Below the pieces are notes generated by a model that was given only the letters and a program-made list of their open reading frames with translations, ran no database searches and had not been told where the DNA came from. The position numbers were made by a program, and so were the translations under genes. From Basidiobolus meristosporus CBS 931.73 (taxonomy: Eukaryota; Fungi; Basidiobolomycota), in assembly GCA_002104905.1 (NCBI GenBank), contig MCFE01000181.1, positions 1-64,000 of the forward strand: a stretch of 64,000 nt of DNA, read 5' to 3'. How positions within the stretch are numbered: the first letter of the stretch is position 1; the number at the start of each line of letters is the position of its first letter. Shown here in pieces: positions 11,636 through 24,053 of this stretch.

Positions 11636-12590
11636 ATTGATTCCACCTCCGTTATGTGATAACGATCTTGGCTCATCTCCCACTTTTTGTACTTGCTGAG
11701 TAGGAATGATTATCAATGAGTAGGATGTCTACCAATCTACAGCACAAAATTATTTTACGCCGTTTATTTAATATAGTAAAGACTCGATTTTGCTTTTATA
11801 TTGCTCGCATGAAAACCCCAGAATATCCCAAAACTACAGCAGCCACAGGCTCTTGGCTTGAACGGATATGTAGGGGATCTAGATGGTGGAAAGCCGGGCG
11901 CTAATCATGGCTGTCCCGGGCAGCCCAGGTGCACGCATCAATACTGCTAGGTATAGCCAACGTAATTTGCTTCTGGGCCATCACTTGGCTTCCAGCCATC
12001 GTGCAAGCACTAATACACCTAAAGGGCCTCAGATCAAACACTGATTTCTACAATGAAGACATCCCAAATATATCTCCATCTAGCAGCATCGATCCAGAAC
12101 TGGTGACGCCTATTCCATTACATATGAATTCCATGGTAATAGAAAGGATTTCCAAAATCGGAAAGGTCGGTAAGTCCATGTCATAGATAATCCGAGATTC
12201 GTGGAATACTTATCGGCCATTTCTGGAAATGCAATGATCGATTTCATTCATTTGAAGCCCCCTTTTTGTAACCTACCGATGTAAAAAACGAGTCATGTAG
12301 AGGCTAATATTGACTCAATTAACTGGGCTTTGCTGACGAAGGATTAGAAGGTATAGAAAATATTTATAGAGAAGTCAAACGGGAAACCACACGAATCGAA
12401 AATAGGATGAGGTTGTATACTAGGCGAAATTGTGTTCATTAATCGTCAATTCTACATCAAAAACCAACGTAAAGAACGCAAGGCGGATATAATATTGTAT
12501 TCTGTAGGCTTGGTATTCATGAACGCCAAGGCGTATTCAGCGCGAATGGCTATATATCACAGTGTTTGAAGCATTTGCCCACTGCTTCAT

Positions 12591-13879
12591 TCAAGATAGC
12601 GATTTTGGTCGATTGGAGGTTCGTTTAGAAGATGTTCTTCGAGGAATCCCGCCAGTTTGGGGTGTGGCACCTGTGTATTCCACATTGTCAACCTGCTTGA
12701 CTGTCACACACGCCATAGGAAACGCCCCTTCGCCACCTCGAGAGAGATTTCTACCAACAGCCCATCCATCATCGAATGTCCAGACAATGACAATCACATC
12801 ATCAACCTCCAGTGCCAGCTCATCAGGCAAGGCAGGTCGGTAAGGAAATTCGCATACGTACTCGCACACTGATGGGATTGTAATGTTTAAGCGGGCCGTT
12901 GAATCTGCTGTATTTGGTATCGAGACCTGCATGTTTTGGGAAGTGGTCTTGTTGGAATTTCCATAACTTAATCTTCGTCTTTTAAAGAAGAAAATGAGTC
13001 CAATAATTAGCCCAATTCCCCCCAAGCAACTAAATACGATAGAGCACACCAGTGCAGCCGTGGAAATACCAGGCTTGGTTCTCCAACTGGAACTTCCGGG
13101 ACATGCCAAAGCGCTTTCAGATTGACAGCATTTTGCATTTGAAAAACTGCAAAATGTGCATAAGGATGCGGATTGGAGGGGTAGAATGAATCCTGGAAGG
13201 AACAAAAAGCCAACATTAACCTTTGCACTGGTGTATTGATCTGTAGCAGGAGTGACATACCACATGTGTTATCTTGATCTACCGGGCCCGATATGCAGTT
13301 GCTTTCAGCGCCTGTAAATGGAAAACTATCACACCACGTCTGTAAATTTTGCAACTTGATATTCATTTCCTGAGGTGTAGCTGGGCAGATAGTCTGATTC
13401 TTAATTACAGTAGACCATCCATCAATATAAGACAAACAGGTTGACTGACAAAGTGGAGGAATTGGATTGGCGGCGTTACAGACGTCCGTGTAGTTGTTGT
13501 TCAAGAGGGCACGACAGGTGAAACTAACTCTATAAGGAGGTTCGTATACACCATCCCACCCTATTCCGGCGGAGCAGTTGAAAGCAGCGTTAATTTGAGT
13601 AATGTCGGTAGGAGAACCGAAGTAATATCCCAAAGCGCGGTCGAAAGCCTGAATATCGGTAACTGGACTGTTACTAACCAAGGCTTTACTAGAAATATAA
13701 TACCTTCCATAGCTGCCGCCACAAAAAACCGATTGGTTTAGACTGAGGCAACTTGGTTGCTCAGGTGGCAAAGTGAGAGGTGGTGGTACTTGAATTTTCT
13801 CTGCTCCCTTGACCAACAATGACCGGCATAACAAGAGAAACGATGGAAAAATTATGTGCCTGAGTGGTTTTTTCAACAT
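12591..13879 (-). CDS. Single-pass membrane protein: signal peptide, Cys-rich ectodomain, TM helix, cytosolic SH3 domain
   Basis: Exon 1 is 13879-13261, intron 13260-13193, exon 2 is 13192-12591. Hydrophobic N-terminus, Cys-rich region (PPLCQSTCLSY), TM ALVCSIVFSCLGGIGLIIGLIFFF followed by KRRR, and SH3 PYRPALPDELAL...DDGWAVG...EGAFPMACV. Confidence 0.85.
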
Positions 13880-15452
13880 GTTTGAAAGGACGCCGATATA
13901 CTTCAAGGAGCAGAAGTGAAATAGTGAGGGCAATAAGTGTACTCTAAGTAGCACCCGAAGAGAAACACCGCGCTCACGGGTTAGCTATGCAGCTAGATGA
14001 TTTCAAGTGTACTAGAATTAGTCAGCTGATAGAAGGAAAGGCTCTGCCTTCTGTAAGAGTCACTATAATTCCATTCAACAACAGCGGGGGTAATTCTTTG
14101 TTCGTTCGTCTATTGTACGAAGAATAGAGAAATGCTGATTCAGAAGAGACTTTCGGCTAGTTAACCAGTTTCTATATCGAAGAGCGCTGTATTTATTCTA
14201 GACAAAAGGTGAGGAAAACGTTTTATGGGATATATTCGTAGAGTGGTGAACTGGCACCTGATGAGTGTTGAGGCTCACTCTTCGTGGGGAACAAAAAACA
14301 ATCCTAATGGGGGTAAGAGGGCAAGTTCTATAACTGTCCAATTAGGAAAAAATGGGGACAAAATAGATAATATGGAAGCCAATAATCACCTCAATTTATC
14401 AAAAGTAGTTATGATGAACATAGGATTGGCTGAATGGACAATGAATAGGAAGTTTTCATATACATGGTTCAAAATATAGACTGGTAATTTCAAAAATGAC
14501 TGGCAATCCCCAGCATTTGCTCATCATTAGCTCCTGCCCTCACAATACTATTTTTAAGGACATCGCCATTGTGGGATGATCAATGTATGCTATTTATCCC
14601 CGTGATAATCGCCATGCTTGAAGCACCAGTGACCGGCCCTGGGGTTGGTGATGGCCTCTACGTGTAACTAGTTATCCGCATGGTCCCCAAACCACCAAAC
14701 AGGTAATGTATGCACAAAATGCCAATATCCGTCTGCCATGCTCACTTTGGAGGTGCAGATTACAAGTTTGATTTTGTGTATGAAACTCACCTGTCTTTCG
14801 AGCATATTGACAGTTGATGGAGTCAGACCGAGTTGATGCACTAGCTCAGTCGTGAATGGCTTGTCATACTCGAGTGCTTATTAGTGCTAGCACTTGAGGC
14901 ACAATTGTGGCACTAACAATATTTGAGCTGATCCCTCCAACTGGATTATGGGGGATCAGCTCGCTAAGCTGTTGAATCAGGGTTGATTCGGAGTGAGTTG
15001 GTCTAAAGGGCATTCAACAGGATGGAAACCGATAGGCATTCTGGTGGTTGGCTATTTGCCGTGATATGATTAGATGCCTCATTCTTGAGTAAGTTGCATG
15101 CTGATGGGTACTCTGTATTGATGCAGGATAAGATGGTGATTCTAGGTATTTATTGGGAAACTGCATCTTGCCCGTGGATTCCCTCTCATTTTCATCATCT
15201 CACCTGTCTGGACTCTTCAAGTATCGGTGTAAATGCATTAATTTGAATGCTGTATCTAGATGCTTGGAATGATCACGCAAGTTCACCTATTAAATAGCCA
15301 TATCGGTATTAAAAATCTCACTAAATACGAATTTAATCCAAATATTTGAATGTTTATGTTATTTTCACCAAAACCAAAACCAATTCCAATGAATTGGTAG
15401 CTTGATAATGGAATTTGTTTAAAATTAACGTAAGTCCTTCCTTAGAACTGAG

Positions 15453-18345
15453 ATGAATTGCATTCAGCAAGCTGATGAATTGGTGAAGGAGTATTTGCTG
15501 GTAATGTAGAGGCTACATAGTGCAAGGAGGATGGTGATTGAATGACGGCGGAATACTCTTACTAATACTCTGCATTGCAGTTTAGAGGCTTCTTGAATAC
15601 TTATCGCACTTTCGAGGCTGACCTGAAAGCGGATAAAGACAAAGGCTTCCAGGTACTGGAAAGTTTCATCTTATCTGACCCAAGCCCAGTCCCCTCCATA
15701 TATCTTGCTACATTTCTGTTTATCCTCGGATGAACTTTCCTAACCAATATCACATGCATTCAGGTGGAAAAGCTGATAGATGAACTATTTGGTTACGTTC
15801 AATCCGGAGAGCTCACCAGTTTGCTGGAGTTCTGGCGATACTTGAATTTTCGTTTCTTCACTCGCTTAGATACGAGATTTTATAAAAATGTGAAGAAGTA
15901 TGAAGCCTGTTTACTCAAGTATTACCTCATATACGGTATGTGATAGTGTGATATTTCCGGCGCATCCTGTTAATAAGTTGGGCTACTTCAGCAACCCAGC
16001 AACAGAGAAAGGACAAAATCCTGGAATTCTTTGAAGTCTTCGGAAGTGAATTAGTCGGAAATCCTGACTGGGATCGATGGTTTTGTATGTTCGAAGAATA
16101 CTCTTGATTGGTTTTAAGCACTTCTAACCATATATAACCAGCGCTTCCGTTTGTCAAGAAGCCGGAGTCTGATCCCTTCTTTCAAGTTTATTTTGTGAAG
16201 TCGTGGCTGGAGACATTCACTGTGTCACTAAGCAACTTTTTGAATACAATCTTCCAGAGCATGCGTATCCTTTTAAGCCACCGAATGCTGTAGTTCTTCA
16301 TTCAGTATCTTACACCCCTTGACTCTTGCATAGCATTACCCGGGATACTGTGTTTTAATATTGATCGGTTGAAGCGCAAGGCATTGCAATGCGAAATAGA
16401 GGCCTTGCAAAATGTAATCGAACATTTAAAGCAAGATGTGGAGACTGGCGATTCTGAAATCACCGCATTACGTCAGAAGGTAGTATAGGGCCGTTGACTT
16501 GATCGCAGAGGCCGTTACTCATCGATATACTTCCAAAGGTTGCCCAGACCCGCAGCATTACGCCCGAAATGCCTCGAGTAAGGAGTCGAGCAGCGTCAAC
16601 ATCCTCTGATCGTTCGTTTGGCAGAGCAGGGGCGAAGGAGAGGTGAGTTTCTAATGCAGCAGTAAAGCAATGGAAGAATGATATTTACTCTTTCTAGATC
16701 GGTCAGCGATACTATTCGTGTCCCGCAAGTGATTAGCGCCCCAGGGGATTTGCTAAGACGTTTTTCGATTAGAGGCTTTAGATCTACTAAAGATGAGTCT
16801 CAACCTACTTCTCCAATATCAACTCCACCCAGCAAGAAGGGATCCGAGGCTATTCAGGAGGAATTCCCCGAAACAATAATGCTTACTAATGAGGTATTTG
16901 AGGTTCCTCCCAGTCGTACGGCGTGTAGTAACAGCAATACTTTAGGATGCTTTTTTGGAGCACACTTCCGCAGTGACACTTGCGAAGTTCTCGTACGATG
17001 GCTCACTAGTGTGCAGTTGCGACTCTGACAATATAGTCAGGTAAGAGTATACTGCTAGATTATTCCATTGAAAAGGAAATTAAGTCATATGTACAGAGTT
17101 TGGAGCCACAACCCCCAGTCAAACTACGCGGCCTCAAAGATGATTTTTACTACTAATATTTCAGCTATTGAATGGGAAGCCAAATCTGAGCGAATGGTAC
17201 ACTACACCAGTCTTTAGATATTGTTAGAAAGTATGCTTAGGCGTTTATCTAGCTATTCTTAGGCAACGAAGACGGGCAAATCCGCGCATACAGCACCGAA
17301 ACTAAGAACTTCGTTCATGACTTTGTCATAGAAGGGAATGCGCCAAGGTTATTTCGCAGCTTTTCGGCGTTCGACGACTCTCAATTTACCATTTTATATC
17401 TAGAGTAAACCAGCTAGCATACAGTCCAAGCGAGTCCTTGCTACTCAGCTGCACTACTCGAAAATCAGCAAGTGAAAGCAGTGTAAACGATATCATCTTA
17501 TGGAATACCAAATCACTCCAGAAGGAGGTGTGCTATATTTTACGTGTGTTGCATGAAACCTCACTCACCACCTCTCGTCGTTCAGAGAATCTTTGACATC
17601 AACACCTCATCTGGCTCCATCAACACAGCCTGCTTCAATCATAATGGACGCTTAGTGCTAACAGGGGATTCCCGCGGAACCATTCGAGTGCTTGGTAGGC
17701 CCTACTGGTATTAGTTTGTGGCTGCACATATGTATTTATGTTTATGCTTTACAGACAGTCGAACCTTAACTTCGGCTCTAGAGTGGAAAACTGGAGAGAA
17801 CTCCATATTCTCGGCACAATTCGGGTTTGATGAGAATACTGTGTATACGGTAGACTCCAATGGAAAGGTCAATATTCAATTAGCGGTTATGTTTCTTGAA
17901 CATTGGTTGACAGTTTCACTCCCTTTGTAAATCCAGTTGGCACAATGGTCTATTCATAAGCCTGGGTCACGTTTGTCGGAGAATGATCTACATGGATTCC
18001 CAACACTTTCCGATTCAACCTTTACTTTGGACTATTCCGCAGGAGAGCTCTCCTTGGGTGCTATACAGCCACGCCAGGTGGCTTTCAACTCTGAAGGAGA
18101 CTATTTATTGTTTGCGGCCTCTAACAGAGGTGTGATCCATCAGGTAAGTAGTATAGACATGTACCTCAAGACTCTTTGTAACCGTGCTCATTTTAACTTT
18201 GTAGACACTGGATGGTCAACGCTGTATAGCGTTAGGGACCCACTCTAAAGATGTCGATTGTGTCGACTGGTCTCCCCTTGGGAATATGTGCTTGACCGGC
18301 TCTTCCGATGGTACGATTAGAATCAGCAGCTTGAGCAACGTATAA
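15453..18345 (+). CDS. WDR91: WD repeat protein WDR91 homolog (multi-exon)
   Basis: The N-terminus MNCIQQADELVKEYLL|FRGFLNTYRTFEADLKADKDKGFQ|VEKL... and WFALPFV..P...P.FQVYF..SW..TF.VSL.NFL match the WDR91 N-terminal domain as I recall it. C-terminal WD40 repeats end GSSDGTIRISSLSNV*. Internal exon boundaries were only partly resolved. Confidence 0.85.
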
Positions 18346-18964
18346 TCTGCATATGTCCACTACATTGGTGAAGTCCATCATTTTTTGATTTCATGTACAC
18401 AATTTAGTATTTTTATGATTGTCTTCATTTATGTCATTTATCTCTCAAGTATATGTTCTAATGATATACGTCCCAATACAGAAACCTATGTCATTTAATT
18501 AAACCCCATTTTGTTCCTAGACGTGGAGATGCTTTCCACCTTGAGAGACGTCATATGAATGACCCAATTCTTAGCGAACAATTCATGGTGCACTAAAACG
18601 CAGTTTCGGGTTGTAAGAATTAATATTTCCTATTTGTGGCTGCACCGGAGTGGATGTTTAGGTCCTCCATGCAAGAAATGTTTCTCCAAGCTTCCATAAC
18701 ATGCTTCTAGGGAAATATTGGTTTGGTGGAATCGAAAATGAATTTGATGCGCTCAGCCTAGCATTCAGCCCTCCCAAGATTCCCGAGGAAAGACCACCAG
18801 TGTCAGTGGGAATGTGTGAATTCTTTTTGGACCAAATTTCGGTTTTGGAGGCTGTCAATCCATCGTAGTACTATGTGTGACTTGCGAATTGCTCATTCTT
18901 TACTATCCAGCAATGTGCGTGACTTGTAACACAAAAACACAGAAAACCTAACTTCTTCATTCAA

Positions 18965-19253
18965 CCGTAATATCAGACTCTTCAGAATCTTCAGAGATAC
19001 TGGAAGTGACTGGGAAAGTTTTGGGGATCTTGGAAGGGATTGTGAGAGCAAGTAGATTACATGATTTTCACCTAGTGATTCACTCAATGTAACAGTGGTA
19101 TTCATACTTTTACATGATCTTGGAAGAACAAACACATAGAATATGTTTAGGAAGGTCCTATGAATATGTTTGCAAATTCTGAGGAACTTTGGATAACTTT
19201 GAGATTTTTTCAGGTTCTGAGTGCCTGATACTTGAGTGAGATATTCCATGCAA
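18965..19253 (-). repeat. Diverged, truncated LTR remnant (family B-like)
   Basis: Aligns with the other LTR copies through GGAAGTGA...AAGTAGATTA...GGAAGGTCC...ATATTCCATG. The terminus is lost. Confidence 0.7.
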
Positions 19254-19508
19254 TAGTGAGGCAAGTTAAGTTGCAAGTACTGCCATATCCCTATCTCATC
19301 AAGAATATTACCTTCAATTCTGTCATGGATGTGATGAATTGGCAAATGGAGGACAGCCAGGAGGAGTTGGACATGCAACTAATTTTCATTAGGATAACAT
19401 TACCAAAGTATTCCAGGTATCTCCTGGGTACAAGCAAATTTCTACACCTTTCAGTACAGAATTCAAACAAACAAGAACCAGAGGGCACCTATAAGGGGGA
19501 CTAGAATC

Positions 19509-19856
19509 TGTCGCAATATACCAAGGAGCATTGAAAGTGATGTGGAGGACTAGAGTATTTACATATTACTCACTTGTAGATTTATTGATCAAAAGTATTG
19601 TACTTTGTGTTTGATAGAGTAGAGCAAACAAATATGTAGAGCTTGCTAAGGAAGGTCCTAAGAAAATGTGTGCAAAGTTTGGGGGCTTTTGGACAGTTCT
19701 GAGAAAGATCATAGTTGGGGTACCTGATAACTTGGTGAAAATATTCCAAGTAAATCCCAACAAGGAATTTGGTCAGTATTTCCTAGGATTTGAAGGTAAT
19801 GATCTAAGTGACCAAGTTAGGTGAATATTTAGGTGGAATTACAAATTCTTACAACA
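19509..19856 (-). repeat. Full-length LTR (A/B mosaic) bounding the gag fragment
   Basis: 348 bp, TGTCGCAAT...TTACAACA. Flanks GAATC/GATGC do not match, so there is no TSD. Confidence 0.85.
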
Positions 19857-20298
19857 GATGCAAGGCCCTGAAACTTATCTATCAGGCTATTCAGGATGGT
19901 AACTATCACATCCTCATCAGTAGTTGGTAAGCCCATAGATTCCATCTCATCCACCAGCAGGGTAATTCTGTTGATTAGATTTTTCATTTCTTCTCCTGGC
20001 TGCATCTTTGTAATAAGGAATTTTTGTCTTGGATACATTTTCTTAGCAGCTGAACATGACTGGTGGGTGTCTTCCAATGCCTTTCAGGCATTCTTTGCCG
20101 TTTTTGCTCTTGAGCATTGAATTAGGAATTTGTCTTTAACTGCATTTGCCTCAATGTCAAAGGCACTTTGTTCTTTCTTCTGGTACTATAAGGCTTCCTC
20201 TCCCACATTTTCAGGGGGGCATTCTTCTCCCATGACAATATCATTAAGGCCTCTTTCTTGTAGCAGCATCTTCTTCACCTTCCACACATGGTAGTTAG
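19857..20298 (-). pseudogene. gag: Copia-type gag fragment (UBN2/Retrotran_gag_2-like) with in-frame stops
   Basis: The minus frame reads NYHVWKVKKMLLQERGLNDIVMG...AL*YQKKEQSA...AKTAKNA*KALEDTH...KMQPGEEMKNLINRITLLVDEMESMGLPTTDEDVIVTILNSL. Confidence 0.85.
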
Positions 20299-20983
20299 TG
20301 TTGTAAGTGTTGTAAGAGTCTTGGAGATATTGGAAGTGATTAGGAGAACAAGTAGATTATGTGGTTTTCACTTAATGATTTATTGAATGTAAAAGTAGTA
20401 TTTATACTTTTACCTGGTCTTGGCATTACAAACATGTAGAATAGGTTAAGGAAGGTTCCAAGAACATGTATGCAAAGCTTGGGGCTGTTTGGACAACTTT
20501 GAGAATTTTCATGTTCTGGGTACCTGGTATTTTGGTGAAAATATTCTAAGTAAATCCCAACAAGGAATTTGGTCAGTATTCTCTAGGATTTAAGGGTAAT
20601 GATCCAAGTGACTAAGTTAGGTGAATATTTAAGTGGAAATACGAATTTTTACAACAGTAAGAGCCTTGGAGATATTGGAAGTGATTGGGAGAACAAGTAG
20701 AATATGTGGTTTTCACTTAATGATTTATTGAATGTAACAGTAGTATTTTACTTTTACATAGTCTTGGCATTACAAACACATAAAATAGGTCAAGAAAGTT
20801 TGCAAAAACATGTGTGCAAAGTTTGGAGCTGTTTGGACAGCTTTGAGAATTCTCATGTTCTGGGTAAATATTCTAAGTAAGTCCCAACAAGGAATCTGGT
20901 CTGTATCCTCCAGGATTTGAAGGTACCAATCTAAGTGACTAAGTTAAGTGAATATTTAGGTGGAATTGCAACTTTTTACAACA
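20299..20983 (-). mobile_element. Family B LTR with a solo LTR (20308-20656) nested in it
   Basis: The inner 349-bp LTR is flanked by TSD GTAAG (20303-20307 and 20657-20661). Removing it restores TGTTGTAAGAGCCTTGG... of the host LTR, which ends CAACA at 20983. Confidence 0.85.
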
Positions 20984-20989
20984 CCTATA

Positions 20990-21595
20990 ACATGTGTGCA
21001 AAGCTTGGGGCTACTTGGACAGCTTATCTAATTTTCAAGTTCTGAGTACCTAATATATTGGTGGAAATATTCTAAGTCCAACAAGGAATTTGGTCAGTAC
21101 TCTATAAACTTTGTTGGTATTGATCTAAGTGACTAAGCTAGGTGAATATTGTTGTAATATCTTGAGGAGTATTGGAAGTATTGTGGAGAACTAGAGGATT
21201 CACATGTTATTTACTGTTGCAATATTCTGAGGAGTATTGGAAGTGATGTGGAGAACTAGAGGATTTACATGTTATTAACTTGTAATTCATTGTTCAAAAG
21301 TGTGGTATTTATACTTTTGATAAAGTAGAGCACACAAACATGTAGAGTTTGCTAAGGAAGGTCCCAAAAATATGTGTGCAAAGTTTGGGGGCTTTTGGAC
21401 AACTTTGAGAAAGATCATAATCTGGGTAACTGATAATATGGTGAAAATATTCTAAATGAATCCCAACAAGAAATTTGGTCAGGACAGAATGCTAACCAAA
21501 GAATAAGATCTATGTGACTAAGTTAGCATTAATATCTAGGTGACAACTTAATAATTACAACAAATATTTAGGTGGAATCACATATTTTTACAACA
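20990..21595 (-). mobile_element. Partial family B LTR carrying a nested family A insertion (21150-21562)
   Basis: The insertion is a 65-bp LTR start plus a full LTR (21215-21562), flanked by TSD AATAT (21145-21149 and 21563-21567). The host resumes TTAGGTGG...TTACAACA to 21595. Confidence 0.85.
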
Positions 21596-21895
21596 GCTAC
21601 CAGAATGGAGCTAAACCTTAACTTAGTCAAAACTCAATCAAATCATGAGAGGTGGGTGCCATCTGAAAGCCCAGGCTACCCTTACCAATCTACGGTTGGG
21701 AGTGTGATGTATATCTGGCTAGTAACGTATCTGGATATCTCATAATTAGTGGTGGTTTTCAACCAGTGTACTCAAAACTATGGATCTGATCATATTGCAG
21801 CAGTTTAGCAGATCATTAGATACTTAAAAGCAACTGCTAATATCTGCTTAAAGTGCACCTATAGAGATACAGAATAGGATCCTTTGGGATACACT

Positions 21896-22242
21896 TGTTG
21901 CAAAGTCTGTAGTAACACCTCAATATTCACTTAACTTAGTCACCTTAACCATTGCCCATAGATTCTAGGGAGCTCTAGCCAAGTTTCTTGTTGAGATTTA
22001 CTTAGAGTATTTGCACCATAATATCAGGTACTCAGAACATCAAATATTGATAAGTTGTCCAATCAACCCCAAACATTTTACACATGCCTTTAAGACCTTA
22101 TAAAGCATATTCTAGGTGGTTGTTTTGCCAAGAAAATGAAAAAGCACAAATACTACTTTAAAATCAATATATCATAAAGTGAAAACCATATAATCAACTT
22201 GGTCTCCCAGTCACTCCCAAAATCTCCAAGACTCTTACAGCA
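21896..22242 (+). repeat. Diverged family B LTR in opposite orientation
   Basis: Reverse complement of the family B LTR, TGTTGCAAAG...CTCCAAGACTCTTACAGCA, 347 bp. Confidence 0.8.
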
Positions 22243-22463
22243 GTTAATCCTGCCAACTTTTCAGCAGAGGAGGAAGTTCCAGTAATAGCAGTAGTAGACA
22301 TTTTAGAGGGTGACTGCCTGGGGCTCATGATCTGTTGCAAGAGTCTTGGAAATTTTAGAAGTGACTGGGAGACCAAGTAGATTATGTGACTTTCACTTTA
22401 TGATATAACAGTTGTAAAGTAGTATTTGTACCTTTACATGGTCTGGGAAAACAAACACAAAGC
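22243..22463 (-). mobile_element. Remnant 5' end of a Copia element: partial 5' LTR (22333-22463), degenerate PBS, gag start
   Basis: On the minus strand the LTR end CAACA is followed by GATCATGAGCCCC (PBS variant) and an ATG at 22301 reading MSTTAITGTSSSAEKLAG. Confidence 0.7.
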
Positions 22464-22536
22464 TAGTAAGGTTTGCTTTCAGATGTTTAAATTATTACTA
22501 CTCCAAACCACACTCATTATTTGATCACAATGCTTC

Positions 22537-22884
22537 TGTTGTAAAAATTTGTAATTCCACCTAGTTGTTCACCTAACTTAGTCACTTAGAGCATTACCTA
22601 CAAATCTTATAGAATACTGACCAAGTTCCTTGTTGGTCGTACTTAGAATATTTTCACTAAAATATCAGGTACCCAGAACATGAAAATTAGATAAGTTGTC
22701 CAAACAGCCCCATACTTTGCGCACATGCTCTTGAGACCTTCCTAAGCCCACTCTACGTGCTTGTTATGCCAAGACCATGTAGAAGTATAAATACTACTTT
22801 TATATTCAATAGATCATTAAGTGAAAACCACATAATCTACTTGTTCTCCCAGCCACTTCCAATGTCTCCAAGACTCTTACAACA
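22537..22884 (+). mobile_element. Solo LTR (family B) with TSD
   Basis: 348 bp TGTTG...CAACA, TSD GCTTC at 22532-22536 and 22885-22889. Confidence 0.9.
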
Positions 22885-24053
22885 GCTTCAAGAAGCTAAT
22901 ATCTGCCAAGAGCACCTTCAGTGAAGGCACTATAAGTAAAGTTTTCTGCAGCAGTTTTGACAAAAATAAAATACTATTGTGAAGTGTATACTTGAGAGAA
23001 TTCATTCACTTCACTTAGACTTCATATATCCTTTCCATGAGACATAAGTAATTCAAATACCTGGGCTAATCACTTACTACGAAAACAATATATTTATATG
23101 CCATCAAAATGTTGAATTGTCAAGTCAGTATCTCAACAGTCTTTATGATATCCATTGTTCAAGGAGCACAAGTATAGATAACCAGGCGATGGACTAGTAA
23201 TTTTCGGAATGAATACTTGCATATTGCACAAAATCTCTAGCGGAAATATCAAATAAACATGTGAATACCATACGTTAAGCAGTAAATAACGAGATCCGAA
23301 TATCAGGCATGTTGGCAACTTTAGAATCTCTCAACTACGCGGCAAAAATTAAATCTAACCACTGGCATCAAAAGTGTCAAGCAGTACACACTTTTTGGCA
23401 GTATGCGAAGTAGAACTCAAGCTTAAACTGTCTACTTGACATTGCCCACGAATGAATGGAAGTCAATGATTGTATCTTAAAGGTACTCAACAATTTTTAC
23501 AATTCTTTGATTTGAACTTCACTCTAGTAATACTAGGCATTCGTAACATGCTATATATAAATGTAATGATATTTTAATATTCAAGTGAATTTCATAAAAA
23601 GGAACATTTCAAATACTGATCCATTCATGATCAGCTTAGCCTCACAGTTGGAACCCGGTCAAATCGTAATTTATTTACCCCAAGAGCAATAAGTGTATGC
23701 ATAGATGCACCACAAACTGCGCTTTTCTCCCAGACCTTAACGATGTTGAGTAACCATAGATAATACAAATAGAAATCAAATGTGTACCCAACATACATTC
23801 GGTTTCTTCGGTCTCTTAAGATTATCTCGAACAGTTGTTGCTGTCATCAAGTTGCTTTTATAGTTATGTATCTTGGATTTTGGTTATTGAATTGAGAGGA
23901 TTGCTACCAATTTTTAGGGCTTAATCTATATCCGACAGAGTAGTTCATAGAAACATGGTTGAGAATGATCTTATCAAGTGTATGACCGCGTTTCATTTGA
24001 GAAGACCTCCAATTTACAAGAGAGAAAGAGATATGAGACGTATTCGACTCGGT

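Noticed and set aside
18965-22884. Repeat array superficially like CRISPR or a satellite
   Set aside because: Units are about 349-bp TG...CA LTRs with TSDs, nested and in both orientations. There is no short repeat-spacer periodicity and no cas genes.
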